Below, piece after piece: positions 63,035-64,000 of a stretch of 64,000 nt of DNA. The notes beneath the pieces were generated by a model. That model did not search any database. It was not told the DNA's origin and saw only the letters and a list, made by a program, of their open reading frames with translations. This stretch comes from Podarcis cretensis (taxonomy: Eukaryota): assembly GCA_951804945.1 (NCBI GenBank), contig OX638153.1, positions 30,380,001 through 30,444,000 of the forward strand. The letters are read 5' to 3'. Position numbers and translations under genes: made by a program. Position 1 is the first letter of the stretch. Each line of letters opens with the position of its first letter.

Positions 63035-64000
63035 GATACAGTATACATAGGGTTATCTCCTTTTATCCTGTAGGCAACCCTTTCAGGTAGGTTATTCTGC
63101 TGGGACAGAGAGTGACTTAACCAAAGGTAGTTTCACAGCTTACTAGGGATTTTGAACCCAGGTCTTCCACATACAGGTCCAAACACAATATCTGCTTTAA
63201 CACAAGGGAGTACATGTGCCTGAAGAAATTTAGAGCTGAGCCAAAGGTTTTATTGATTCCTTTTCTGGCTCAAACATGGGGTTTTGGAGAGGAACAGGCA
63301 GAAGTTTCATGAAACCACACACACGCTTCACCTGCTTTCACAGCTGTTGCCACTTGTTTATGATTATATGTGGTATCATTCTAAAGCCAGTTCAGAGTGA
63401 GGAATATTTCCCTCTGCTCTCACGCTGGCACCTTCTGAGTAGGAAGCACACAGGAAACTGCCAGGCAGAAGCAGGGAGTTTAGAAGCTATTGTAGCAAAT
63501 GGAGCAAGCATTTTGCATACCTTTGTGTCCCTTATAAATCACCAAACATCACCTCCCTCCAACTTTGCAGCTTGCAGCCAGGGTGGTCAAGTTGTGGGGC
63601 ATTTTGGCTCCGCGCTAGTAATTAGGATTGGACAGTTGATGTGCTTAAGAGTTCTGCATTCTAGTTTTTTTACACAAATTGTTTCCAGCAGCGACCTATA
63701 CTATTGATACAATATAGTCCGCCTGCCATCATCCATCATGTGTGTGCGTGCTTAGACGCAGGGTGGGGGGAAGAGAGAAAGGATCTCTTTAGCTCCTTCT
63801 TTTATTGTAACTTTCCTTTGAATCGGTCACGCCTGAAGAGGAGTCACGCCGACAACATATTTGAACAACTGGCTCTTTTGAAAGACTACAACATATTTGA
63901 GCAAATAGCTGTCGTTTATGCAAGGACTCTCCTTCTCACTCACGTAGGGTGTGCTTGTTCTGTGCTTGTTCACTGCACATACTCTCCTATGCTAGAATGA

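Noticed and set aside
1-64000. The remaining 60-140 aa ORFs in the supplied track
   Set aside because: Expected by chance, or antisense to or inside repeats; no motifs, splice support or recognisable homology.

Overview
Repeat-rich vertebrate genomic DNA, almost certainly from a squamate and probably a lacertid lizard (Sauria SINEs, BovB/RTE, CR1, L2, L1-clade LINEs, many hAT and Tc1/mariner MITEs). I recognise no host protein-coding gene; the window looks intronic or intergenic, with a few candidate exons supported only by splice signals. Best-supported structures: (1) a full-length 6.9 kb L1-clade LINE on the minus strand (47877-54775) with a 17-bp TSD, an ORF1 and a frameshifted EN-RT ORF2; (2) a ~1.85 kb poly(A)-tailed element with a 19-bp TSD that encodes only one 188-aa ORF (Half-L1/HAL1-like; 28019-31387), interrupted by a 5'-truncated L1 of another family; (3) a single TSD-bounded chimeric retro-insertion made of tRNA-Ala(CGC), its unprocessed genomic 3' trailer and a Sauria SINE (43487-43944); (4) three related ~0.8 kb non-coding elements with C(G/A)CAA junctions, one nested inside another, tentatively derived from tyrosine-recombinase (DIRS/Ngaro-type) retroelements; (5) a solo LTR carrying CTCF-like, octamer and CCAAT motifs. 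All family names come from recognising sequence by eye, not from database searches.
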